A DNA stretch of 64,000 nt, from NCBI RefSeq assembly GCF_004010195.1, contig NC_057749.1, forward strand, positions 7,523,416-7,587,415. The letters run 5' to 3'. This document shows, in pieces, positions 52,124 to 64,000 of this stretch. The notes beneath the pieces are model-generated. The model was not told the origin of the DNA. It searched no databases and saw only the letters and a list, made by a program, of their open reading frames with translations. The position numbers and the translations under genes were made by a program. Within the stretch, counting starts at the first letter, position 1. Every line of letters starts with the position of its first letter. The DNA comes from Chiloscyllium plagiosum (lineage: Eukaryota).

Positions 52124-52510
52124 GAAGGCTGAAGAGTGACCTTACAGAGGTTAATAAAATCATGAGGGGCATGGATAGGATAAATAGACAAAGTCTTTTC
52201 CCTGGGGTGGAGGAGTCCAGAACTAGACAGCATAGATTTAGGGTGAGAGGGGAAAGATATAAAAGAGACCAAAGTGGCAACTTTTTCACGAAGAGGGTGG
52301 TACATGTATGGAATGAGCTGCCAGAGGAAGCGATGGAGGCTGGTACAATTGCAACATTTAACAGGCATTTGGATGGGTATATGAATAGGAAGGGTTTGGA
52401 GGGATATGGGCCGGATACTGGCAGGTGGGGCTAGATTGGGTTGGGATATCTGGTCAGCATGGACGGGTTGAACCGAAGGGTCCGCTTCCATGCTGAACAT
52501 CTCTATGACT
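52124..52510 (+). mobile_element. CR1 (HER1-like) LINE 3' end
   Basis: ORF 52162-52434 MRGMDRINRQSLFPGVEESRTR.HRFRVRG...FFTKRVVHVWNELPEE plus tail. Confidence 0.88.
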
Positions 52511-52732
52511 CGAACTAACATCTTTGTATGTGCAGTTTATGTACACAATATAGACTGTCAGGCAGAGTCGCAACATTGTGCACACACAGCATATGGAGCC
52601 CTTAAAAAGGTGAACTCTCTTCAAAAGACAAATTACACACTTGTCACAGACCTTCATCGTTGTCACTTGTCAAAAATCTATAACTTCTGTTCTCCCAATT
52701 GAGTTGAAAGGTCACAAAATTACCGCATTTGT

Positions 52733-53061
52733 GGCATGGTGGCTCCATGGTTAGCACTGCTGCCTCACAGCTCCACGGGTTTGATTCCATTCTCAGGTGA
52801 CTGTCTGTGTGGAGTTTGCACATTTGTCCCATGTTTGTGCGGGTTAGCTCCGGTTTCCTCCCACAGTCCAAAGATGTGCAGGTTAGGGTGGATTGGCCAA
52901 GGGAAATTGCCCATAGTGTTCAGAAATGTGCAGGCTGGGTCGATTAGCCATGGAGAATGTGGGGTTATGGGGATAAAGAAGGGGGTTGGAATGCTCTTTG
53001 GAAGATAGGTTTGGATTCGATGGGCTGAATAACCTGCTTCTGCACTGTAGGGATTCTATGA
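52733..53061 (+). mobile_element. HE1-type V-SINE
   Basis: Head, V-domain and tail. Confidence 0.82.
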
Positions 53062-53519
53062 CATTAACTGTGTTCCATTTTCAACAATTGTTGCTAGACC
53101 AACATTTTCAGTTTTTATTTCAGGCTTCCAACATTCTAAATAGTTTGCTTTCCTGTTTGAGTGATTTCCAACTTGTCGTTACCCAAACAGGTGATGTCCA
53201 GAAGAATTAACTTCTAATAAAATTCTTAATAATTCCCAACTGACATTTCCTCATCAAATTTTTACCCACTTCAAAGAAGATCTCAACTCCTGCTGCACCA
53301 CCCTCCAAAGGTATAACTACTGTACAAGGCAGTTAGTGCCTGAGAGAGTTAACAAAGACCACAAGATAACCCCAAATCATCAGGATATAGAGGAGCATTC
53401 CTGGGAGAAGCTAACCCAGTTTAGAGCTAGTTACAGAAGGAATATTCCCAAGGCAGCAATGTGAATTACTTGTACATTGAGCCAGATATCTCACAGGACA
53501 ACATCATAGAGGATTTCAA

Positions 53520-53806
53520 GACGAGGGAGCATAGTTTTCCAGGTAAGAGGAGAGAGATTTAAAGAAGACGAGACATTTTTTTTGCATGGAAGGTGGTCCA
53601 AGTGTGAAATGAACGTCCTGAGGAAGTGGTGGATACAGGCACAATTATAACGTTTAATAGACATTTAGATAAGTACACGAGTAGGAAATGTTTGGAGGAA
53701 TATGGGCCCGGAGCAGGCAGTTAGGATTGGTTTAGTTTAGTTTGTGATTATGCTCAGCATGGACTGCTTGGACTGAAGGGTCTGTTCCCATGTTGTATAA
53801 CTCTAT
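53520..53806 (+). mobile_element. CR1 LINE 3' end
   Basis: Same tail motif family as the other CR1 ends. Confidence 0.78.
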
Positions 53807-53996
53807 GTATTGCAAATGCAAAATGAGTCACTATTACACAATATGTAATAAACCCATTCACTATCCATCAAGATTAGGCCTATCCTTTGCTGATGAATAT
53901 ATTCTTACCCACATGATATCAGGAGCTTATACTTGCAACAAAGATTTGTGGTAGTGAAACCAGCCAAAGCTTCTAAGCCCTTCGTTATAATGGCGT

Positions 53997-54350
53997 GGGG
54001 GAGGCAATGGCCTAGTGATGTTATTGCTGAACTGTTAGTCCAGAGACCCAGGTAATGTTCTGGGGACCCAGGTTTGAATCTGCCATGGTAGAATTTGAAT
54101 TCAGTTTTTTTTAAAAACTGGAATTAAGCGTCTAATGATGACTATGAATCCATTACTGATTAGTGAACCAGATGAATTTTTTCAACAATGTCCTTTAGGG
54201 AAGGAAATCTGCCATCCTTACCTGGTCCTGACTACATTTGACTCCAGACCCACAGCATTGTGGTTGACTTTTAACTGCCCTGTTGGCAATTAGCGATGGA
54301 CAATAAATGCTGGCCTGGCCAGTGGCCCCACATCCTGTGAATGAATTAAA
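53997..54350 (+). mobile_element. Second tRNA-derived SINE family (about 350 bp), most complete copy
   Basis: A-box-like tggcctagtg, B-box-like ggtttgaatc, body cctttagggaaggaaatctgccatccttacctgg, tail caataaatgctggcc...gtgaatgaat. Confidence 0.75.
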
Positions 54351-54477
54351 AAGAAGTCACTTTGCAGGCACTATTTGAGACTTTTGGAGCTTGATCTTAG
54401 AAGAATTTCAGACAATCCTGCAGGACGTATCCTATTCCCCAGTTCAGGAAGTTTGATATAAACTGAACCTATTAAAA

Positions 54478-54714
54478 TCTGAAACAAACACAGAATACTG
54501 GAGAATGTCAGCAGGTTTGGCCACAGCTGTGAAGAGGGAGAAAGAAAGGAAAAAAAAACCCACAATTAAAAGAGTTCTGAACCAAAGAGTCATACTGGAC
54601 TCAAAACATTAATTAAGTTTCTCTCTCTCCACAGATGCTGCCAGACCTGCTGAGGTTCTCCAACAACCTCTGTATTTGTTTCAGATTTTCATCATCCACA
54701 GTATTTTGCTTTTA
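54478..54714. mobile_element. Penelope-like palindromic element, family C, degenerate
   Basis: Inverted arms; decayed core with a gagtc/gactc stem. Confidence 0.65.
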
Positions 54715-55239
54715 TTGCTATTAAAGTCTAGACTGGCTGAAACCCCTCAAATTACTCCCCGATATTATTTCTGAGAAACACACGTCAAACTGTATTTAGC
54801 AAGTGAAGTACTGAGGCAGTCTCAGTTGTTGCAATACAAATAAAATGCAGCATTAATGGGATGCGAATACACTCAGACTGTCTGCGGTCAGAAGACGGAG
54901 ATATCAAAGCTCAATGCACAGCAAGATCCCATAGCTGAATGTTTAATGCAACAATGCAATTAATTAACATCGGCACTGGACATCGCTAATTAAATTGAGA
55001 AGATCTTCATCAATAGGCAACCCAATCTACTAATAGAAACATTGTCCATCATCAATTTGGCTCTAAAATTCTAGATCATCTACTTCAACATCATTTTGCT
55101 GCACTATTCCCATGCCCCTTGATGTCTTCTGTACTGTGTCTAGAAATTCAATCTTGAGCACATTTGACATCTTAGTTTTCACCACCCTTTGTAGCAGACA
55201 ATTCCAAAGATTCACCACCCCAGAAAGGAGAAAGACAGG

Positions 55240-55525
55240 CCTCTGTCTTCGTCAATGGAGCTGAGGTGGAGAGGGTCGAGATCATCAAGTTCTGAAGAGT
55301 GACGATTGCCAACAATCTGTCCTGGTCCACCCAAGTCGATGCCACAGTCAGGAAGGCACAACAACGCCTCTTTTTCCTAAGCAGGCTTATGAGAACCCTC
55401 ACCAACTTTTACAGACATACCACAGAAAGCATTCTATCTGGGTGCATAACAGCATGGTGCAGCAACTGCTCTGCCTTGGACCATAAGAAACTATAGAAAG
55501 TTGTGAACACAGCCCAGGTACACGT
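55240..55525 (+). mobile_element. Rex1-like LINE fragment inserted in a CR1 remnant
   Basis: NNLSWSTQVDATVRKAQQRLFFL...LTNFYR.TTESILSGCITAW. Confidence 0.75.
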
Positions 55526-55961
55526 GACAACAATAAATCAAATCAAAGAAGAAATTCCTCCTTCTCTCAGTCCAAAATAGAGTCCTCTTTTTCGGACACT
55601 GAATGACATGATTGTGGACCACCCCACCCCAAGGCCAGGGGAAACATCCTTCCTGCATTTGACCTGTCATGTAATTTAAGAGTTTTGGAGTAAATTGATG
55701 CATGCCCAGAAATAAGATTGTCAGCATCAAAAACCCACAATGTCTACTTCTTAATGGCAAGCTAGTCCAGCCTTTTGATAGTTAAAAATTCATTTGTGAA
55801 GTGATTGAACCAAACTTAACATGCAAGGAGTTTGCAAAGTTCATGTTCTTAGCTTCGCCTGGAGCAACTATCAATTAGATAGCAGTTCATTTCCTGAGAT
55901 AAATTGCATGCTAAGTCACTAATGGACTTTATTTTTGTGTAAGATAAATATTAATAATATT

Positions 55962-56291
55962 GGGTAGCATGGTGGCTCAGGGGTTAGCACTGCTGCCTCA
56001 CAGCACCAGGGTCCCAGGTTCGATTCCAGCCTTGGGCGATTGTCTGTGTGGAGTTTGCACATTCTCCCAGTGTCTGCGTGGGTTTCCTCCGGGTGCTCCT
56101 GTTTCCTTCCACAGTCCAAAGATGTGCAAGTCAGGTGAACTGACCATGATAAATTGCCCATAGTGTTAGGTGTATTAGTTAGAGGGAAATGAGTCTGGGT
56201 GGGTTACTCTTCGGAGGGTCGGTGTGGACTGGTTGAGCAGAGTGGCGTGTTTCCACACTGTAGGGAATCGAATCTAATTTAATCTAATCTA
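55962..56291 (+). mobile_element. HE1-type V-SINE
   Basis: Head, V-domain and tail. Confidence 0.88.
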
Positions 56292-58218
56292 AAAGAGGCA
56301 CAAATTGTGAAAATTGCAACCTCCATTCTCTCCATTGTTACATTCAGTGCAAAACATTGTTGAATTAATTCTTATTCGTAAAATCAAATGGGTACTTCAG
56401 GCAGGATGCAGTGTCACAAAGCTGGTCCTTTTTTCCTAAAAAGCTGTTCCTTTTCTCAAGGATACTGTGCCCTTGATCTTTTTCAGAGGTGTCATAAAAC
56501 CCTCCTGGCTCCGATATGGCTAGTTTGGTACAGTAATGATAAAGGGTGTAGAGCGGCCTTTTGTTTATATGTAAACAGATGAGACTTCAGGCCAAAGTGG
56601 TCATGTTTTAGAAGTGACCTGTATAAATGAAAGGAAAGTGGTCAGCTCTGGAAGCAAAAGCTCAGTCCAGAACTATTTAGGAGTTCAGCTGTGTGGAAAC
56701 AGACTGCTAAACTCTCTCTCTCCTTCTGCTCTTCTCACTTCAACATATCGGCACTTGTTCCATTTTACTGTTTTTCTAAGGGGGTTTGCTTATTAGGACT
56801 TTATATTTATTCGGAACAGCATAATTAAGTCTAGTTTGGATTGACTGAGTTCTGTAGGGGTTCTTTATTCTGTCCCTTGTGTTTCATTGTGTAATTTTGT
56901 GAATGAATTTTTGTCTGTTTTAAAACCTGGTCGTCAACCTCGGTAACTTCGGGTAATTTTCACTGTACACATACCAAAACAAATTGCAAAGTTATGGCCT
57001 AGGCTGGCTGCTCTGGGCTGAGTGCTTTGGCCTAATCCACAACAGTAGTAATCCATAACGGACAAAACAAAAGTTGTGCAACAATATATTGGGATTCTCA
57101 GGAATAGTGTGGCTGAATTGGAGGTGGGAAAGAGGAAGAAATCCGAAACATAGGGGGAAACATCAGCTTTAAAACAAGGCCAAGCAGATACGAATCAAAT
57201 GACAACCAGCCAAAAGAGAACTGAAACTTATAAATGTAAAAAGCAAAATGGAAAGTCAGTACAATTGACAATTCCTTGTAACAGTTCATTCACAGAATGT
57301 AAAATAATCCAAACGTAGAAGGTGGGAGTTCTTTCAAGCGCATATATGAATCAATTTAGATTTGTTATGCATTATTTATTACTTATTCTATAATGATTTA
57401 TTAAAAGTTAATAATTAGGCAGTATGCACTTGGGCGCTTTCTTTGAGTTTGTTTCTACTCAGTATCATGGAACTTGTGAATTACATGAGGCAGCTTCAAG
57501 GGAGCTCTTTCAAAAGGGAGCTGGTCACCTCCTACTAACAGCATAAATGTTTAACAGGAATTGAAAAGGATTTCATTCCCATATTCCCAGCTTGAAGCGA
57601 GTTATAGGACAGTACAAAGGAAACCAAGAGATAATTGGGTAAAGATGGGAATAAGCGAACAAATTCCAAATGGATAGTTGGGCACGTTTATTGCAATGTT
57701 TTTGTTACATATCCAACAGACTGGGTAAACTTATTATACGCAGTGTGACTAACGCTACACATAAATGTTAATAAATGTATATCGATACCAATATCTAAGA
57801 GATGACCCAATGAGCAGCACAATCCTTCTGAGGTACCAGAAGATTGAGTGTTGCCCCATTGTTTTAAAACTGCATGAGGGACTGACCAATTAACTACTGA
57901 TTGATCAGGCCAGCTTCAGTGTTCTGCAAATTATTCAATTCAACTCTGAGAAATACAATCAACTTTTTTTTTTCTTACTTATCTGTTCAGTAATTTGTTC
58001 AGCCAGCATTTATTGCCCATCCCAAACTATCCCAGAGAAGGTGGTGGTGAGCTGCCTTCTTGAACCATGTGCTTTAGGACTGTTAAAGGAAGAAGTTCCA
58101 GGTGAAGAAATAACAATAAGTTTGCAAGACAAGATAACATGAGGCTTGGTGGTGGCTCAGTGCCTGCCTCAGTAACTAAGGTACAGTGTCATCAGGGTAG
58201 TCTGTATGATCACGTTAC

Positions 58219-58427
58219 AAGATTAGAGTGGTGCTGGAAAAGCACAGTAGGTCAGGCAGCATCCGATGAGCAGGAAAATCGACATTTCAGGCAAAAGCCC
58301 GAAGGATGGGCATTTGCCTGAAACATGATTTTCCTCCTCCTTGAATGCTGCCTGACCTGCTGTGCGTTTCCAGCACCACTCTAATCTTGTCTCTGATCTC
58401 TAGCATCTGCAGTACTCACTTTCGCCT
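58219..58427. mobile_element. Penelope-like short palindromic element, family A
   Basis: Inverted arms agattagagtggtgctggaaa / tttccagcaccactctaatct and the family A terminus. Confidence 0.75.
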
Positions 58428-58508
58428 GGTCTTGTTACAGCCAGGTTTTGTATTTTGTGGTAGTTACGAAAATGATGAAGCAGAGTGATGCAGTACATGT
58501 TGTCCACA

Positions 58509-58803
58509 TGAATCATAGAATCCCAACAATGTGGAAGTAGGCCATTAGGCCCATCAAGTCTATACCAATCCTCCGAAGAGCATTTCACCCAGACCATCCC
58601 CATCCCCATAACCCTCCATTTAGTATGGCCGATCCACATAACCTGCACATCTTTGGGCTGTGGGAGAAGACCGAAGCACCCGGAGGAAACCAACACAGAC
58701 ATGGGGAGAAGATGCAAACTCCACACAGAGTAACTCAAGGGTGGGATTGAACCAGGGTCCCTGGCACTGAGAGGGGACTAACCACTGAGCCACTGTGCCA
58801 CCG
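58509..58803 (-). mobile_element. HE1-type V-SINE
   Basis: Reverse complement of the consensus seen elsewhere in the window. Confidence 0.82.
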
Positions 58804-59313
58804 CAACATCTTGGTGAGAATTTGACAAGATCACATGGACTAGACTGGTCAGGGAAGTAAAAACCCACAGGATAGAGGGATATGTGACAAGTTGGATCCA
58901 TAATTAATTCAGCAAAAGGAGACAAAGAGCATTGGTCAATGGATGTTTTTGAAACTAAAAAGTGGTTTTCAGTGACATTTCACAAGTCTCTGTGTGGAGT
59001 CCTTTGCTTTTTGTTGTACATATATGAATGAGTTGGACTTAAATCTGGGAGGCATGATTAAAAAACTTTCAGGTAAAAATCTGCCGCAGAGTTAATAATG
59101 AAGAGAATAGTTGCTAACTCCAGAAACAATGTTAATGGTTTGGTTGAGTTTTGATTATAGAGGTGTTAACTGGAGATGTGAAAGACATCACCAGGAGGAA
59201 ATATGCATTTTCGACATAACCCTTTCTCATCTGGGTTCGATTTTTAGCTCTGCCTTGACTTTACCAACTTGCTAGTAGGAGGGCGAGTCAATACATTAGC
59301 TCTACACCAGGAA

Positions 59314-59446
59314 AAATTAAAAATCACACAACACCAGGTTATAGTCCAACAGGTTTATTTAGAAGCACAAGCTTTCAGAGCGCTGCTCCTTCATCAGGTG
59401 GTTATGAACCTGATGAAGGAGCAGTACTCCGAAAGCTAGTGCTCCT
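59314..59446. mobile_element. Penelope-like element, family B, two inverted hammerhead motifs
   Basis: Minus-strand motif at 59400-59366 and plus-strand motif ctgatgaaggagcagtactccgaaagctagtg at 59410-59441. Confidence 0.75.
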
Positions 59447-59804
59447 GTTTATTTTTTAAAATTTCATTAACCAGTACAAATTACAAACAAACAGTTAACA
59501 TAAACAGCGGTATACAAGAAACAGCAATTTACAGGGGAAAGGGACAGCAAAGCCAGTCCCCAAACCCTACCATTCAACAAGTTTTCAGGGAAATGAGGAC
59601 AAACCTCAAATCCCAGTTTCAGTCATCACAAAACAGTAACAATGACAAGTGTATATTAGACACTCCAATTACATAGAAAAGTACATAAAACACAGCTACC
59701 TTCCCCCAGCAACCCACCCGTCCCTCCCACCTTCCGCCCACTCTAAGGTAGCCCACCCTGTGCCCCTTCCGGCTCTCGGTCCAACCTGACACACCTAGTT
59801 TCCT

Positions 59805-60101
59805 TTTATATCTGTCAGCCATGGCTCCCTGATTGGCCCAAGTGAACAATCAGAGATCTCAGTCAATGAGATCCACTAGCCCTTATTCCAATTGTTACAG
59901 GTTTCCTTTTCAGGAAGTACACTGCATAATTGCTACACCTAAACTGAGAAGACTCTGAATCTCCTGTTTATATCTGTCAGCCATGGCTCCCTGATTGGCC
60001 CAAGTTAACAATCAGAGATCTCAGTCAATGAGATCCACTAGCCCTTATTCCAATTGTTACAGGTTTCCTTTTCAGGAAGTACACTGCATAATTGCTACAC
60101 C
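59805..60101. repeat. 135-bp direct duplication (59805-59939 and 59967-60101)
   Basis: The two copies differ at one position that I could see (gtgaac/gttaac); period 162. Confidence 0.9.
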
Positions 60102-60559
60102 CTAACTTATGTTACAGAATCCTGACAGGTGGATGGAATTAAGATTCAGATTTAGCATGGTCCAATAAAATGGGACTGAAGGCAGAATGGCCATCGCCTT
60201 TTCTTTTAAAATACACACAGCTTCCTTCCCGCACTGTTTGCTTTCTGCATGAGTGCAATGTAGAAAGAAAACAAATCAAGCCAAGGCATTTCAAGAACAG
60301 ATAACAGAGATTAAAATTCACAGGATATGTGCCAATTTCTAAATAACAAAGAAAATTGGCGAGCTAAATGCGGACAGTCATTCCAAACTCAAACCATTAA
60401 CTCTGTTTCCATGTTCCGAGATGGTGCCAGAACTTGCAGAGTCTCTTTCAAACTTTCTGCCTTTAAGACTTCCAGCATCTGCAGTATTTTGTTTTTAGTT
60501 AAGCCTCAATAAATGTGGAGATGTCGATCTAGGGGTATAAAATTAGAGAGTGCATTATT

Positions 60560-60874
60560 ATAGTGTGGAAGCAGGCCATTCAGCCCATCAAGTCCACACT
60601 GACCCTCTGAAGAGCATCCCATCCTGACCCCACCCTGTAACCCTGCAGTTTCCATGGCTAATCCACCGAGTCTGCACATCTCTGGACACTATGGGCAATA
60701 TATCATGGACAATCCACCTAACCTGCACAGCTTTGGACTGTGGGAGGATACCGGAGCACCCAGAGGAAACCCACACAGAACACAGGGAGAATGTGCAAGC
60801 TCCACACAGTCGCCTGAGGCTGGAATTGAACCCAGGTCCCTCGCACTGTGAGGCAGCAGTGCTAACCACTGAGC
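60560..60874 (-). mobile_element. HE1-type V-SINE
   Basis: Reverse complement of the consensus seen elsewhere in the window. Confidence 0.85.
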
Positions 60875-61329
60875 TGACCAATTAAAATCATGGAAATGTA
60901 TGGCACAGAAATGGATTAGCAGACGCAGTTTAAAACACATCCCAGCACCTCGTACTCAATTTTCCATTGCTTCAAATATTTGTTCACTCTCCCCTTAAAC
61001 AGTTATAAACTATTTGATTAAAGTAAACTTAATTTAACTATATAAATATGAATGTTGACCAAGAAAGCTTCAGGATTAACTAACAGAAGTTGCTGCTCTT
61101 TGCTGTACAAAATGGAGACTCAACACAAATTTAGGGAGTATTCAACTCAATCCAATGATGTATTACATTTTCATTACTCTACAATTATGCCCATTCACTG
61201 AATTTCCCTGTATTTACCAATGGAGGATAAATCACATTTCTTCCTTTGGATAATCCTGCAGGACATGTGCAATTGGAATCACTATTGTCTGTGGCACTTC
61301 ATTAATTGTTCATTTTAAAACAAAGATTG

Positions 61330-61607
61330 ATAGATCATAGAATCCCTGTGGAAACAGACCATTCAGCCCATCGGTTCCACACCAACCCTCTGAAGAGCAT
61401 CACATGCAGACTCTTCCCTACCCCTATAACCCATTTCCCATGGCCAATCCATCTAACCTGCACATCTTTGGACTGTGGGAGGAAACCCACACAAACACAT
61501 TGAGAATGTGCAAACTCCACACAGACAGTTGCCTGAGGCTAGAGGCAAACCTAGGTCCCTGGTGCTGTGAGGCAGTACTGTTGACCACTGAGCCACTGTG
61601 CCACCCG
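61330..61607 (-). mobile_element. HE1-type V-SINE
   Basis: Reverse complement of the consensus seen elsewhere in the window. Confidence 0.82.
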
Positions 61608-61989
61608 TTATGATTGAGAGTTGAAAGCATCCCTGATAGTGTCACCTAAATCCCGCAAGGATGTCGATGCAGTCACTGGAGAGAGACTGTTCCAACTGGT
61701 GGGAGGGTCAAGAACCTGAGGACTCCAATGTCAATGGTACAGGAGACAACAAAAACAATCACTTCCTTTTTTAAGTGCAGTGGGCTATTAGAAGCTGGAA
61801 TGAATTATTTGAAAGCATAGGGAGCATGAAAAGAAAATTTGATCAGCACTCGAAAAGGCTTTTCTTACCAGGGCTCAGGAAAAGGGTGAAGTAATGGGAA
61901 TGATCAAAATCATTTCTGCATACAAAAAAGGGATTCATTCCTAGGTCTGTTTCATTTACACACATACACACATATACACACACAATGTG

Positions 61990-63165
61990 GTTTTATTTAT
62001 TATTGTCACATGTACTTGGTACAGTGAAAGGTTTTGTTTTGTGTGCAGTACAGGCAGATCATACCATACAAAGCACACCAGAGGAATAAAGTGGAGTGAG
62101 GAATACAATGTTACAGCTTCAAAGAAGGTGCACAAAAGATGACGTCAACATTAAATTTGAAATTTGAGATGTCTGTTCAGAAGTTATTAATAGCAGGGAA
62201 GAAGCTGTTCTTGAATCTGTTGGTATGTGCGTTTAAACTTTTGTATCTTCTGCCTGACGGAAGAGTTTAGAAGAGTTTATAATTGGAGTGGGAGGGGTCT
62301 TTGATTATATTGTCTGACTTTCCAAAGGAGTGAGAAAGTTTGACGGAGTCAATGAATGGAAAGTTGGCTTGCTTGATGGACTGGGCTATGTTCATAATTC
62401 TCTGTAGTTTCTTATGGTCCTGGGTAGAGCAGTTGTCATACCATGATGCATCTGGATAGAATGCTTTCGTTGGTGCAACTATAAAAATTTGGTAAGAGTC
62501 TTTATGGACATGCTGAATTTCCTTAGCCTCCTGAGGAAGTAGAGATGCTGTTGTGCTTTCTTGACTGTCACATCATGGATGGAATTGTTCATGATCTTCA
62601 CTCCTCGGAACTTGATGCTCTCGACCATCTCCACTTCAGCTTCATTGATGCAGACATGGACGTGCCCCCCACCCTGCTTCCTGAAGTCAACGAGCAGCTC
62701 TTTAGTTTTGCAAACTTTTAGGGAGAGATTGTTACCTTTATACCACACCACAAGGTACTCTATCTCTTTCCTGTATTCTGTCTCATTATTGTTTGAGATC
62801 CAGCCTACAGTGACGGTATCATCAGCAAGTTCGGATAAACTTCGGTCACACAGTCAGGAGTGTATTGGGAGTAGAGTAAGGGGCTGAGTATGCCAGTGTT
62901 GGGGATTGTCACGGAGGTGGTATTGTTGTCTATCCCCACTGAGTGTGGTCTGTGGGTCAGAAGTTGAGGGTCCAGTGGCAGAGAGGGGAGCAGAGACCTA
63001 GGTCTCAGAGTTTGGAGATAAGTTTGGTTGGAATTATGGTGTTGAAGGCAGAGCTGCAGTCAACGAGTAGGAGCCTGACATAGGTATCCTTGTTTCCAGA
63101 TTTTTCACAGATGAGTGTAGGGCCAGGGAGATGGCATCTGCTGAGGTCCTGTTGCAATAGTAGGC
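61990..63165 (-). mobile_element. Rex1/Babar-like LINE, 3' part of RT ORF and tail
   Basis: NNLSLKV.KTKEL.VDFRK...VEMVESIKF.GV...KKAQQHLYFLRRLRKF.MS..TL. Confidence 0.8.
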
Positions 63166-63438
63166 AAATAATAACACTTGGGTCAGTTTTCTCGATATTT
63201 TTAAAATCAACCCAATCAGTGTATCGGGGCAGGTAAGATATGAACCTAGATCTTCTGGCTCTCTGGTAGGGAAACTACAGCTGTGTCATAAGAACTCTCT
63301 TGGGTCTGCTTTTGTTTTGAATCCACCCGTTGAGTTGTTAAGAAAGACCCCTGTGCAGGCGAGAATTCAACCCAGGTTTCCTGGCTCAGAGATAGGGACA
63401 CTACCGCTGCATCATAAGAGACCCTCTACTCTGGCTAG

Positions 63439-63524
63439 TACACCCAGGTGGTCTCCCATCCTAGTACAAACAAGGGCTGAGTTGGCTTAGCTTCAAAGAT
63501 CAGACGAGATTGGGAATTTTCAGA
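63439..63524 (-). pseudogene. Degenerate 5S rRNA-derived sequence (pseudogene or SINE head)
   Basis: The minus strand reads cccaatctcgtctgatctttgaagctaagc...gtactaggatgggagaccacctggg. This matches vertebrate 5S (cccgatctcgtctgatctcggaagctaagc...gtacttggatgggagaccgcctggg), including the internal control region, with many substitutions. Confidence 0.85.
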
Positions 63525-64000
63525 CTAAGCCAGGGTCTGTTTTCTATTTTTATATTCAGAAGCACGTACACACACACACACACAAAACAGCACCTCCACC
63601 ACCAAATCACTACAACCTTTTTTTCAAACTATTAACCACCAGTGGTAATCACCCATGCAGCCAATCAGAAGTTTACAAAGCGAAGCACAACATGGACATT
63701 GTGAGCAGTCAAAAAGTAGGATTCGTGTCGGGAGAGAAGGAAGGGGCGAAATCAAAATGGAGTTGGAGAGGGGAGATAAAGCACTGTATATTCCACTCCC
63801 CCACCACCACCCCAGTGCCCACCTCTCTGTGAAGGCATCAAGAGTATTGATGACACTGCATGTTGGATCTCCAAGGTCACCTAGGCACAAATGTAACCGT
63901 GGAAGGGAGGAGATAGTTGGCAGACATGTCTCCCACTGCAAGCTGCTGCCCAGACCTTTTTATAGCCAGCCAGGCCAGGCCCTGGAGCAGACCCAAGAGA

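Noticed and set aside
63439..63524. Functional 5S rRNA gene
   Set aside because: Solitary, many substitutions, decayed ends.
30200..64000. Neighbouring host gene exons upstream of CELF6
   Set aside because: The ORFs I could interpret are repeat-derived and I recognised no host exon; short exons cannot be excluded.

Overview
Repeat-rich vertebrate DNA, almost certainly from a shark (HE1-type V-SINEs and CR1/HER1-type LINE tails throughout); the species cannot be fixed from sequence alone. The only host gene I can support is a CELF/Bruno-like RNA-binding protein on the minus strand, best matching CELF6. Coding exon 1 is 28943-28703 and exon 2 is 26497-26415, which together encode most of RRM1. 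The rest of the left half (1-26414) is intron 2; I did not find exon 3 in the window. Positions 29000-64000 are upstream/intergenic. The window also holds CR1, L2, Rex1-like and RTE-like LINE remnants, several SINE families, Tigger-like MITEs, two minisatellites, a 5S rRNA-derived copy and two assembly gaps. The most interesting signal is three families of short, mostly palindromic Penelope-like insertions, several with 12-14 bp target-site duplications. Each family carries a minimal hammerhead ribozyme motif whose stems differ between families but keep their base pairing. Repeat boundaries are approximate and were read by eye.
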